A stretch of DNA of 64,000 nucleotides from contig NC_083223.1 in the NCBI RefSeq assembly GCF_032191835.1, positions 252,464,001 to 252,528,000 on the forward strand, read 5' to 3'. Both the position numbers and the translations under genes were made by a program. The first letter of the stretch is position 1; the number at the start of each line of letters is the position of its first letter. Positions 11,798-22,847 of the stretch are shown here, one piece after another. Source of the stretch: Heteronotia binoei (Eukaryota). The notes beneath the pieces are model-generated. The model worked only from the letters and a program-made list of their open reading frames with translations. It was not told the DNA's origin and did not search any database.

Positions 11798-12400
11798 AAA
11801 AATATTAATAGTATCAATGAACTCTTATCCAAGACATTATATATATCCAAATTATTTCACTTTCAAAATGTCAATCCATAGGAACTCCATGTATTCACAA
11901 GTCCAAAAGTCTTTTGTCATTCAAACAAAAGCCTTTTCTCCAGCTCAACCCCAATTCAGACACAAATGCCACAAAAGAGGGGGTAAATCCACTGTCCAAT
12001 AATGAACTATGATGTCTTCACTTTTAAGGTATCAAGACCACATATGAAGAAGACTCTTAAATTCTTTGTTTTGTAGTCCCTTGTCCAGGACTATATTTTG
12101 CAGCTTTCTTCAGATGTGGTCTTGATACCTTAAAAGTGAAGACATAATGCTTTATTATTGGACAGTGGGTTTACCCCCTTATGCAGCATTTGTGTCTGAA
12201 TTGGTTTGAACTGGAGAAAAGACTTTTGGACTTGTGAATACACAGGTTCCTTTTGATTGACATTCTGAAAGTTAAATAATTTGGATATACAAGATTTTGT
12301 ATAAGAGCTCATTGATACTATTAATATTTTTTTATGAAGAGGATTACTCTTGGCCCTTGATAAAGACTTCATTTTGTTTGTTGAAACAGCTGTTGGGCAG
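11798..12400. repeat. Long inverted repeat with adjacent degenerate hammerhead motif (Penelope-like remnant, inferred)
   Basis: Arms 11798..12051 and 12106..12332 are reverse complements at about 85% identity, with a 54-nt spacer. GCCC-TTGATAA...GAAA-CAGCTG-TT-GGGC lies at 12353..12398. Confidence 0.6.
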
Positions 12401-12803
12401 TGAAGACTCTGGAGAATATTGTTCAAGCACTTTTGGGTAGAGGAGACTTTGGAGAATATCATACAAGTGCTTTTCAGTCTGTTGGTGTCTGGTGAAACTG
12501 ATGGACTCTTAAACATATTTTTGCACACCTGAAAGAACCCCTTTCAAAGGACTTTATGGCATCTATGTATAGGTTCAGAAAGAGTGCCTAGCTACAGATA
12601 ACACTATGTATGTTTTCTATGGTTTATACAGTTTTGTGGCTGAATATCATGTATCTTTTAGCATATCATAATACTGATACTTTATTTGTTCCCAGTGAGA
12701 TGGTTTATAAGGAAACACAATACAACTGTAGAGGATGTTCTTGGTTAAAAGACTTAGTTGATTTATTAATACATTTTATATCCTCTCTCTCCAACAAGGA
12801 CTC

Positions 12804-12804
<1 letters not shown>

Positions 12805-12834
<30 letters not shown>
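12805..12834. repeat. (TAA)n microsatellite
   Basis: About 10 tandem TAA units. Confidence 0.9.
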
Positions 12835-12836
<2 letters not shown>

Positions 12837-12939
12837 GGGTCTTTTACAGTTTGTGACAGGATTCTTGAGAGAAATCACTGTAAAACCGTAACACAAGTTA
12901 TACAGTTCATCAATCACAACTTCATTATGAGCCAAATAG

Positions 12940-13372
12940 GGACCGTCTCTCCCTATATGAACCCCAGAGAGCACTGAGGTCAGCTGGAAAAAACTTGCTG
13001 ACTATCCCCGGACCAAGAGAGGTGAAGTTGCAATGCACCCGCAATCGGGCCTTCTCCTCTGTGGCCCCGAGCTTATGGAACCAACTTCCAGAGGAAATGC
13101 GGGCCCTGCGGGATCTTGAACAATTCCGCAGGGCCTGCAAGACTTTCCTCTTCCGACTGGCTTTCGATGATGTAGAAAATTAAGTACTAATGATACCGCC
13201 ATCATAATAAAGAACAAATAGCAATAGCATTAGCACTTTTATAACTGTAATTAATTTTAAATCTATTAGAATTTTAATGTTGAATGTAACCTTGTTTTTA
13301 TACAATGGAATGTTACTGTTACTGTTAGCCGCCCTGAGCCTGCCCCGGCGGGGAGGGCGGGATATAAATAAA

Positions 13373-13376
<4 letters not shown>
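12940..13376 (+). mobile_element. L2-clade LINE 3' fragment
   Basis: Translates as LTIPGPREVKL..RAFSSVAPSLWNQLPEEMRALRDLEQFRRACKTFLFRLAF, homologous to the end of the 59842 element; same 3' tail GCCGCCCTGAGCC..GGGAGGGCGGGATATAAATAAA. Confidence 0.88.
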
Positions 13377-13442
<66 letters not shown>

Positions 13443-13443
13443 A
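13377..13443. repeat. (TCTA)n microsatellite
   Basis: About 16 tandem TCTA units directly after the L2 tail. Confidence 0.95.
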
Positions 13444-14685
13444 AATAGAGCAAAATAAACCAACATCAGTTTTGCACAGTAATATAACATTTATTTGCTT
13501 CATTTCTAGTCCATCTTTCTCACTGACACTTAAGGCAAACTACGATTTAAGAACAGGTATAACAGATACAGCCAACCCAGAATTAAAGAACCCCATGCTA
13601 CAAACACAGTGTAATGTAGACAATAACCCCGGAGTTATAGGATTGGATTGGAGATCAATGCAGTGAAACATTAGATACAATGGATGATTGCAAACATTAG
13701 AAAACAATTCAATAAATACAACTTATTATTATTATTAATAATAATAATAATAATAATATATGCAACAAAGACTGCCTTATGTGACACTGGCATCAACGAC
13801 AACCTTATTCACCTTATAAAAATGCCCTTTTGAACTATTCTGTTTTGTGCATTCTGTGGAACGATAGGAGTGTGGAACCCCCCTGATCTCATCAGACAGG
13901 CCATTCCACCAGGTGAAAGCCACTACAGAAAATGCAGGGTAGGGGCAGCTACTAATCTTATCCATTTGTAGTGGGGACTTCAAAAGGCTTTGCTCAGATG
14001 AGCAGCTCTGGAGAATCACTCTGCAAACATTTAAAATCAGAACAATCCTGTGAGGTAGGTTAAGTTGAGAGATAATGACTGGTTCAAGGCCATCCAAGGA
14101 GTTTAATGTCTGTGTGAGGGATCTGAACCCAGATCTGCCTGATTTTGCACTGCATTGTAAACAATTAAGGTAAGGGGAAAGGAAAATTGGCACTTCAATT
14201 AGGACCAGGCCAGCCAATAGAAGCCCTGTGGAAATTGCACTTCCACTGAGAATGTGACACTGCACAGGATCTCAGAAAAAATATATTCATATTTAATAGG
14301 GATGCTGGGCTCCAAGTGGAGCCTGGGGATCTCCTGGAATTACAGTTCATCTCCAGACTACAGAGATTAGTTCCCCTGGAGAAAATACTTTGGAGGGTGG
14401 ACTTTATGTCATTGTACTCCACTGAGGTCCTTGTCCTATGCAAGCTCCATCTCCAAATTTCCAGGAGCTTCCCAACCCGGATCTGGCAAACCTACCTCCC
14501 ACCCTCTCCTGGATGCTGGGGGGGGGGAGTTACTTGATAACCCTATTTAAAACAGTTATAGAATACTTGTCTGAGAAATAATGGCTTGGATCACACTGTA
14601 AACTTCCACTAACAAAAGGTGGATTCATAGTTTCCTCCCTCTCACAGAAGCCCTCCAATTCACTCGTCATGCTAATCCCCACCAC

Positions 14686-14893
14686 CAAGGCCGGATTAAC
14701 AAATAGGCCGAGTAGGCACCAGCCTATGGGCCCCCACACCTCTAGGGGCCCTGGGCCAGTTAGCCTCTCTCTGCCTCTCCACCACAGATTTGTCAAAGGG
14801 GCTTTCGAGAAGGTGCCTGCAGGAGATAATTTGTGAGAGAAGCCCTGAGATTTTGACTGCCCAGGGACCTCCACAGGGTTTAATCCAGCACTG
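14686..14893. mobile_element. hAT MITE
   Basis: TIRs CAAGGCCGGATTAA / TTAATCCAGCACTG; perfect TSD CCCACCAC. Confidence 0.8.
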
Positions 14894-14945
14894 CCCACCA
14901 CCAAGATTAACATTTTGGGGAGAAGGTATGGAGAGTTGGATGGGG

Positions 14946-15151
14946 TAATGCTCCCTGTAAGATATGTAGTCTTGTGGCAAAAATTGTACTTTGTGAGCTA
15001 CTGGCATTAAAATAGTGAGAGAGCACTTTAGCTATTGCATAAATTAGTTTGCTCTGGAGCCATCCTTCCTGAGCAAAGACAAAAATGTGTGAGCCAGAGG
15101 CTAAAAACACTGTGAGCTAGCTCACACTAACTCAGCTTAGAGGGAACACTG
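14946..15151. mobile_element. hAT MITE (CAGTGTTCCCTCTAAG family), degraded
   Basis: Ends in CTTAGAGGGAACACTG; reverse-orientation homolog of the 21383..21594 copy. Confidence 0.7.
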
Positions 15152-15442
15152 GGTGAGGCGAGGAAGCTCAGTTCAGTTGATAGAAATGCCTCCTTGTTAG
15201 AGGAGGTTTACCATAGGGCTTATATCAGCGTCCATAGTGGACTCTGTTGCCATTTTTCTAAGCAGACAGGCAGAAAGCTGGCTTTGAGGCATGTTCTGTA
15301 GCTTGTAGCACCTGAGAAGGCTGTGTTAAACAAGCCTCTGAGCATTAGCAGCATGCAAATTCAAACGTTTATTTTCCCCAGCTTCCAATTCAATTTGCTG
15401 CAATTTGTGGTATGGTGAGGAGGTCCTTTTACCACACATCAC

Positions 15443-15561
15443 CAGGGCTTTTTTTAGTAGAAAAAGCCCAACAGGAACTCATTTGCATATTAGGCCACAC
15501 ACCCTGACACCAAGCCAGCTGGAACTGCGTTCCTGTGTGTTCCTGCTCAAAAAAAGCCCTG
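15443..15561. mobile_element. hAT MITE (CAGGGCTTTTTT family) overlapping the TLR5-like stop codon
   Basis: TIRs CAGGGCTTTTTTT / AAAAAAAGCCCTG; 8-bp TSD CACATCAC / CACATTAC (7 of 8 match). Confidence 0.88.
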
Positions 15562-17492
15562 CACATTACAATTGTTGTGGAGGAACCAGGACAAGGAGAC
15601 CTGTGTGAAAGATGGAGCAGGAAGAAGACAAGGGATCCCTGTTGCCACAGATCTTTTCAGTGCCATGCTATTGCTCTGCAGCCACGTCTGCAAGTTGGCA
15701 AGGCCACAGTGACAAAACAAGGTCAACTCCTGCAGATCCAAAGTCTGCAGTAAAATCAGCGGCTGGAATATGGATGGTGAGAGGGTCATCATAGGGTTCC
15801 CACGGAGGCTGAGGGTGCGCAAAGACTGCAGGTCAAGGAATACTTCCTCTGGAAGTAAGGACAGGAGGTTCTCAGAGAGGTCCAGAGTCTGCAGAGACAC
15901 CAACCCCTGAAAAAGATCCTTAGGCAAGGCCTTGAGGCTGCTAGAGCTGAGATTCAGGACCATCAGCCTCTCTAAATGATGGAAGATGCCCACACATTTT
16001 CCTGCTTTCCAGATACCTGCCAGGTTGTTATGGGAAAGATCCAGTTCTCTGAGATATCTGGGGCCTTCTCGGATCCTGAAGCATCTCGCCAAGTGGTTGT
16101 TTGAGAGATTAAGAAAAAGCAAAGAGGGAATCTTCTCTAGCTGCTCCCAGAGCTGCCCCAGGTCACTCAGACGGTTGGAGGAGAGGTCAAGGTGTGTAAG
16201 GTTCTGACTAAGATGCTCAATGCCCCAGGTGTCCCCGATCCTGTTCTGCCCCAGCATCAGACGCTGCAGAGATGGGAGTTTGCCCTTTGGTACCTGTGAG
16301 AGAGCATTGTCCTGTAAGTCAAGGATTTGCAAGTAATTCAGCCCCACAAGAGCATCATGTTGAACAATTCCAATGTGGTTGGACTTCAGGTTGAGATTCT
16401 GAAGGGGTGATGACCTCAGACTTTTGAGTGCTTTTGTGTACAGCTCCCCAAGAATGTTGTTGGAGAGATCAAGAACTTGCAATTGATTCAGCTTGACGAA
16501 GGCTCCATCATGAATCTCGGTAATCTTATTGGACCTCAAGAACAGGATGTGGAGATCTGAGAAAGCTGAGAAGACAGAGGGGACTAGTTCATTCAGGAAA
16601 CTGTGGGACAGGTCAAGGGAGAAGGTACCACTGTCATGTAGCCCAGAAAAGGTCCTAGCTGAAATGTCCTTCACATTACGGAAACCAAATGAGCTTCCAA
16701 TTGCCCCTGAGTATTGCATCTTGAGGTTCTGGATATGTGTGCCAGTTAAGCTTGTGAAAAACTGTTCAACTTGCATTGCATTCCATGGATTGGAAGAGAT
16801 GTCCAGGGTCCCCAGTGTGATGTTGTGGAAAGGGTTGGTGCAGGTGTGGTGGTAGAGCAAACGGTTAGAAGACAGGTCAAGCAAGGCAAGATGGTGGCCT
16901 TTGAGGTTCTGTAGGTCATCCCCACAAATCCTCTCAATTCTGTTGAGTTTCAGCTGAAGGAAGCTCAGCTTTCCAAGCTGTTGAAAGGTTGAATCAGGCC
17001 TCAGTCTCTGGATGTGATTTCCAGAAAGATCCAGTCTCTTCAGGGACACCAAATCCTGGAAGTAACTATTTTCCAAAACTTTATCATCAAAGCCATTAAA
17101 ATCCAAGAGTAACACTTCAAGTTTGGTCAGGCCTGCAAAAGCAGCAGGGTGCAGCGTTACATTCCTGTTGCCTCCAAGGTCCAGAAATGTGATACCAGCC
17201 ACGTTCTGAAAGGCCCTCTCTCCCACAAAGAGTGATCCTCCCAACTGCTTCCCAAGGGACAACATCCGCAGGGAATCCATTTGGGGCCAAGTAGAATTTA
17301 AGATGGTGGAGAACAGGTTAAAATTCAGCAGGAGGACCTCTATGGAGGGGTCAACTTTGGGAACTGTCTTGTGGCTTTGAGCTTGGCAATTGGCTGCTAG
17401 CCAAAAATTCATCATGGTATGATGGCAGTGGCGTGGGACATCAGCAGTGTAACCCAAGACAGCCAGTGAAAGGATGGCCATACAAAAGAGGA
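15547..17492 (-). CDS. TLR5: Toll-like receptor 5-like, soluble form (LRR ectodomain + LRR-CT, no TM/TIR); main coding exon
   Basis: Uninterrupted 644-codon ORF (17481..15547) with about 20 LxxLxLxxN repeats. TLR5-type motifs: FLDLGGN, ENSYFQDLVSLKRLDLSGN, IGSSFGFRNVKD, LDLSHSFL. Four-Cys LRR-CT (CHC..C..C) is followed directly by a stop. Acceptor tttaatttacAG precedes 17492; AATAAA (plus TTTATT 15368..15373) follows. Confidence 0.88.
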
Positions 17493-18865
17493 CTGTAAAT
17501 TAAAAAGAAGGTTATTTATTCATTTGTCATTAATTATCTAGGTACACTAGTCCTAGAAGCTACACTTCTCAGAATTCCCCTAGATCTATTTGTGAAATGC
17601 TGGAAGGTAGGAAGTTCTCTTATTCAGTTTGAGACAGATGATCTATTGGCCTGTGACCAGCTTGGTTGCTGTGGCTCTTGGCCGTAACATTTGCAGGCCT
17701 GTGATCTGTCATGCTGGTTTTTTTGTCACTATGAAGTATTGTGGAAAGGAGGCGCCACTGAACGGCCATTGCCCACGATTAACTTTTTTTCTGAGCAAAC
17801 CATGAAATTAACTGTCAGCTAGTGAGAGCTGAAGGGAAGTGGAACTCCACCAGGTCTCTAGAGAAAGCAGAAATAAAGAAGAACAAACAAATAAGTGAAG
17901 CTACTCTTGCCAAGAGGTTGAACAGCAACACTTTTTAGGACAGGAATTTGGCAGTTCCAGTACACTGCTAGACCTGAAACCCTTCCACCGGGACTCTGTT
18001 AATATGAGCCAGTCCCTTGCCTTGCCTCAGCCTGGACACAGCAGCCAAGATAATGATAAAGAGAAACTAGGAGAGCTCCAGATCAACTCTTCCTCCAGCT
18101 GTTGTCCCGCTCCAAGTGTGGCTCCTACAGGCAGCCTCAAAAGGGAGGTTTAAATCAGGGGTAATGCTTATGTTCCGAACACTTATTTATTTACTTTATT
18201 TATATCCTGCCTCTGACTCCAATGGAGACCCAAAGCATCTGACATCTTGCTTCTCTCCTCCATTTCATTCTCACAACAAACCTGTAAGGTAGGTTAAGCT
18301 ATTGCTGCCATTCATCACAAGACACGCCCCCCCCCCTCAGTAGAAATAGCTGCCTTTGTTACAATTGGCCTTGAAGACTCTTTCATTCGCATTTCCTCAA
18401 CCTCAAGGGGTGGCCAATTATTTTTCCTGGCAGGGCTCCTGTGCCTTTAGCAGCGATATGACAGTCAGATATTAAATAGTTGAGACTTTCAAAGCAATGT
18501 GTTTCTGAGCCCCAGGGATTATTTTAGTTGCAGATGCTACAGTCCAAACCTGGAACTTTATGCGTGCAAAGTGTGATTGGACTCACAGTGACTACCAACT
18601 GACCAGTAAAAACTCAGCTCTTCTCCTTTGAATAGTAACCTGATCTTCAGAAATCAGTAAGTTAAAACTTGTCAAGGCACAGAGATAAGCGCAAGCACCT
18701 ATTTACAGTTTACAAAGTGTACTTCTCTTAAAGCTTAGAAATAAGAGCTGGAAACAAACCAGAGTTCTTATCTTCAACCGAATTATAGGCTATCCGTTCC
18801 CTACCACAAATCCTTTCCTGTCTCCAGGCTGGTGGCCTCAGCTCCAATGATCGTTCATTACTCAC

Positions 18866-18923
18866 CTCTTTGAGCCCCACAAAACAGGCCTCCGTCATGA
18901 AACCTCAGCATTGTGGTACCCAT
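18866..18923 (-). CDS. TLR5: Candidate first coding exon of the TLR5-like gene (signal peptide n-region)
   Basis: ATG at 18923 (or in-frame ATG 18911) reads MGTTMLRFHDGGLFCGAQR and ends at a GAG|GTGAGT donor in phase 1. This matches the phase-1 acceptor at 17492 and gives ...QRVLFCMAILSLAVLGYTA-DV. Inferred, no transcript evidence. Confidence 0.55.
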
Positions 18924-19019
18924 GCAAAGGAGATGTCTCTCTCTTTTCAGGCTCCAGCAGTCATTGCCCCATATAAACCCCACTGGAGTGAGGTGTTCCG
19001 CTTCTCAGGACACTAGGCT

Positions 19020-19095
19020 TTACGTCAACAGCCCAACACTGACTCAAACAATTATTTGGCAATATGTACAATGGGGAAGTGCAAAGGAAATTCCC
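19020..19095 (-). promoter_or_regulatory. Inflammatory-type cis-element cluster upstream of the TLR5-like gene
   Basis: TTACGTCA (CRE/ATF-like, 19020..19027), TGACTCA (AP-1, 19040..19046), TTTGGCAAT (C/EBP consensus TKNNGNAAK, 19055..19063) and GGAAATTCCC = GGGAATTTCC on minus (NF-kB, 19086..19095), all within 76 bp. Confidence 0.55.
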
Positions 19096-19896
19096 CTCCG
19101 GGCCCTTCTTGTCTCCTAGTGTTGGCATTCCCACATTACCACCAAGCTGCCAACTCACAAACAAGACACCTGAGGTCAACAGAGCCTTAATTGTACTTTG
19201 AGTTAGATATAGATCTAGATTCAGGTACACACAGGGCTTCTGTGAGTGGAGATTGTAGAAGTTAAGAGACTCTGCTATGAATTAAAGCATTTCCAGTTTG
19301 AGTCTTATATGAACCAACTCAGCGGTCTTAAACCAGCCACTTTCCCTTAGCACTGGCCCCCTATCTGCAATATGGGGATATTGACCTATTAATAGGGTTG
19401 TTATTGGGATTGCAATATTGTTATACCTGGGAAGTGGTTTGAACATTAACATATGAATGTGAAGTCCTGTACTCACTGGCAGAGCATGTCTCGTAAAAGA
19501 CAAGGAGGTCTTGTAAAAGACCTTTCTCTGCCCAGGACCCTGGAGAGCCACTGCTAGTAAAGACAAGTCAAAAAGAAGCTAAATGGTCTGTTTCAATATA
19601 AGGTAGCATCATATGTACATTGAAGAGGAAATTTCAGAACGTGTACTTTCCTACAGCACATGGAGCTATGCCACTTGAAATGACCTCTGGTCCTGCTATT
19701 AAATGCAGTCATCTGTTTCCCGTTATCCTTTTTTTTTTTTGTCTTTGTGACAGGTGCTGTTTTGTGAGCTGGATGTGGGCCAAAAACTGTCTGGCTCGTG
19801 TTTCTCCTACCAAATTGTGATTGAGGCATGGTAACAAGTTTGACCACTGTTTCAATTGCAAGGAAAAGTGGGGGTGGGGGGAATGCTTTCACCGGC

Positions 19897-20095
19897 TAGC
19901 CCAACCTTGTCGAATCTCAGAAGCTAAGCTGGGTCAGCCCTGGTCAGGACTTGGATAGGAGGTCGCCAAGGAAGTCCAGGATTGCTATGCAGAGGCAGGC
20001 AATGGCAAACCACCTCTGGCCATCTCTTGCCTTTAAAACTCTACAGGGTTGCCAAAAGTCTGCTGTGACTTGACAGCACTTTCCACCACTACCAA
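19897..20095 (+). mobile_element. 5S rRNA-derived SINE with Sauria/Bov-B-like tail
   Basis: cccaaccttgtcgaatctcagaagctaagctgggtcagccctggtcaggacttggataggaggtcgcc aligns with the 5S rRNA internal promoter region, followed by the gcaggcaatggcaaaccacctctg Sauria-type tail. Related fragments near 21085..21140 and 40060..40200. Confidence 0.75.
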
Positions 20096-21382
20096 AAAAC
20101 AGAGACACATTTCTTTCTTTTTATTATTTTCTAAAATAAGTTTTGGATTTTGCATAGTATTTGTGGTAGACCACAGTACATACTGGTTCTTAATGTAGCA
20201 TCTGAAATCTATCATTATAAAGAACTGACTGGACCATTCTACACTTTACAAAATTCTTGTGTCCTGCCAGGTCCTGTTGATCATATGTGTTCTATGGATT
20301 CTAGTACTCGTAACTTAATTCCCAGGTGTGCATGGTCCCAATTTGGATCAGGAACCCTAGGGAGAGGGGGGGGGGATTTAAGTCTCCCCGCCTATGCAAT
20401 TTTTCTGTCCTGAAACAGCATGGGGGAACCATTGTTTGAACTGTTGGGGGCTATATTATATACTGATGGCTACGTTTATGTTTTGCAACCTGGGCAAACA
20501 GCAGTTCCCTGGGGCCATTTCAAGTGAGGGAAATTACATGGGAGGCAACTACTGGAACATGCTGACGCCCAGGCAGTCATAAAAACATAAGAGAAGCCAG
20601 TCCAACACTCTGTGTCACACGGTGGCCAAAAAAATCAAGTGCCATCAGGAGGTCCACCAGTGGAGCCAGGACACTAGAAGCCCTTCCACTGTGTCCCCCA
20701 CCCAAGCACCAAGAATACAGAGCATCGCTTGTCCCAGACACATGGGGAGAGAGAGATGCAAGAACTTTGAGATCCATTAATTTGCTAACACAGACATATA
20801 CTACTTCAGGCCCTGAGATCTCTGGAAAACAAAGCATCTCCTGAGAATGTAAGCCATCTCTAACTTAAGGCACAACAGACAAGATATCAGCCCAAGAGCT
20901 CTGCCGGAATATAAGAAATGGCTTTATGCTAAGGCCATTGCTCCATGTAGCTCAGTAGTGCCTGCTCTAATTGGAAGCAGCCAACTGGGAAAGTAGGGGT
21001 CTTCCGCAGACCTGCTAACACAGGTGGTAATGAACTTGGCTAATGGTGATGCCGGGAAGGAAGGCAGTTTCAGTTCTAGGATTTTGTCAGTTCTCGGAAG
21101 CTAAGCAGGGTAAGTATGTGGAAAGGAGACCACCATGGACAGCTCTGCAGAGGAAGGCGATGGTGAGCTACCTCTGCTTCTCACGGAGTTTGAAAGCCCC
21201 TTGCTGGGGTCACCATAAGTTGTCAGGACTTTACACAGGCACAACAGTGATGGCAATGGTAGGGACTGAAGCCGGCACCTCTCACAGGCCAAGCAAGAGG
21301 GACTCACTAACATTGCTTTGTACTGACACCCTGGGCTATCTGTCCTAATAGGCTCTACTTAACAGTTAGAGGGCCTCCTATC

Positions 21383-21594
21383 CAGTGTTCCCTCTAAGCT
21401 GTTAGCGTGAGCTAGCTCACAAAGTTTTAGCCTCTAAGCTCACACATTTTTGTCTTAGCTCAGGAAAAATGACCCCAGAGCACAATAATTTATGCAGTAG
21501 GTCACAACTTTTAATGCCAGTAATTCAGAACTTTAATACCAGTAATAAAGTGGAAAGTTTGCTCACAAGACTCTGTGGCTTAGAGGGAACATTG
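21383..21594. mobile_element. hAT MITE (CAGTGTTCCCTCTAAG family)
   Basis: TIRs CAGTGTTCCCTCTAAG / CTTAGAGGGAACATTG; perfect TSD CTCCTATC. Confidence 0.88.
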
Positions 21595-22706
21595 CTCCTA
21601 TCTGATCTAAGCCTGGTTCAGCACAGTGTACATCATTACTCAATCCAATTGATTGACATCTTAGTGCAAGCCCAGCTGCCTCTCAAAACCATGGCATTCA
21701 GGAGGACATAGAAGTTCAGAGTATTTGATGGTTTATTTATACTGTCAAATGAGGTGTGTGTGTGTGTACCGGCCCAAGGAAGGGGAAAACCAAGGTTTTC
21801 ACATACCAGCAACCTTCTGTTCATCTGTTAGACTTCTTCCTTTTGAAGAATTAATTTTTTTGTTTAAAGGAGATGACATTATCTCTGAAAGCAGGCAACC
21901 CAACTTTTCTGTCTGTCGCAAGATTAGCTTGTTTTTTCTCCAAGGAGTTCAGGGCAGCATTAATGATTCTCTTCTCTTTCTTTTTGCCCACACAACACTC
22001 TGTGAGATAAGCTAGAGAGAAAGTGACTGTCCCAAGGTTGTTCAGTGAACTTCCTAGGGATTTGACCTCTCCCACTTCCTGGTCCTGTACGCCAACCACT
22101 ATGTAACTAATAAATTGGCACGTTTGCAAATTCCTCTTCACATTCTAATGGTTTTTGCCAGTTCTTGCCTGTTACAGAGAGTGGAAGGGTCAGTTCTCTA
22201 CAATGCTTGCTGGTCCATTGACTGCAATATCCCATGTTGCATTATTTTAAAAAAGCTGGTGGGTTGGATCCAACCAGCTTCTCTGCTGGTGAAAAAGGAA
22301 AGGGAGATTCTTTTTGACCATTCAAAAGGCTATTCTGGGTGTTATGGGATCTAGATGAATAAAAGTCACATGGCCATGGGGCTGTAGAGTGGCAGCATCA
22401 TATAGTGGTTAGAAAGCTGGATGAGTATCTGGGAGACCCAGGATTGACTTCCTACTCTGCCATGGAACCTTGCAGGGAGACCTTGAGCCAATCACACGGT
22501 CTCAACCTAGCCTACATTACAGGGTTGCTGTGAGGATAAAATGGAGGAGAGGTGAACTACGATAGCCACTTTAAGCCCTCATTGAAGAGAAAAGTGGAGT
22601 AAAAATGAAGTAAGTAAAGTAAATGGTAATAAAGAGAACTGGGTGAGAATGAGTGAAGAAGCAGACTGGATTTTTTTTCCTTTTAAGTTAAAGGTATGCT
22701 GGGGAG

Positions 22707-22847
22707 CAGGGCCGGCTAGGGCACCAGTCTTCTGGGGACACCCAACTGGGTGCCCCCCATGTGACTCAGTGAAGTTATCAGTGCTGTGGGGGGGGGCAGT
22801 AGAAGTTAGCCTTGCTTACGGTGTCAAACAGTTTAGGGCCAGCCCTG
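22707..22847. mobile_element. hAT MITE (CAGGGCCGGC family)
   Basis: TIRs CAGGGCCGGC / GCCAGCCCTG; perfect TSD CTGGGGAG. Confidence 0.82.

Noticed and set aside
13277-13666. 129-aa ORF with IYLS repeats
   Set aside because: It is the translation of an L2 tail plus a (TCTA)n microsatellite.
15435-15569. Idea that the MITE truncated a membrane TLR5 and made a pseudogene
   Set aside because: The reconstructed empty site still stops one codon later (CNVW*), and no TM/TIR remnant was seen downstream.
19897-19975. 5S rRNA gene
   Set aside because: Incomplete, diverged and fused to a SINE tail.
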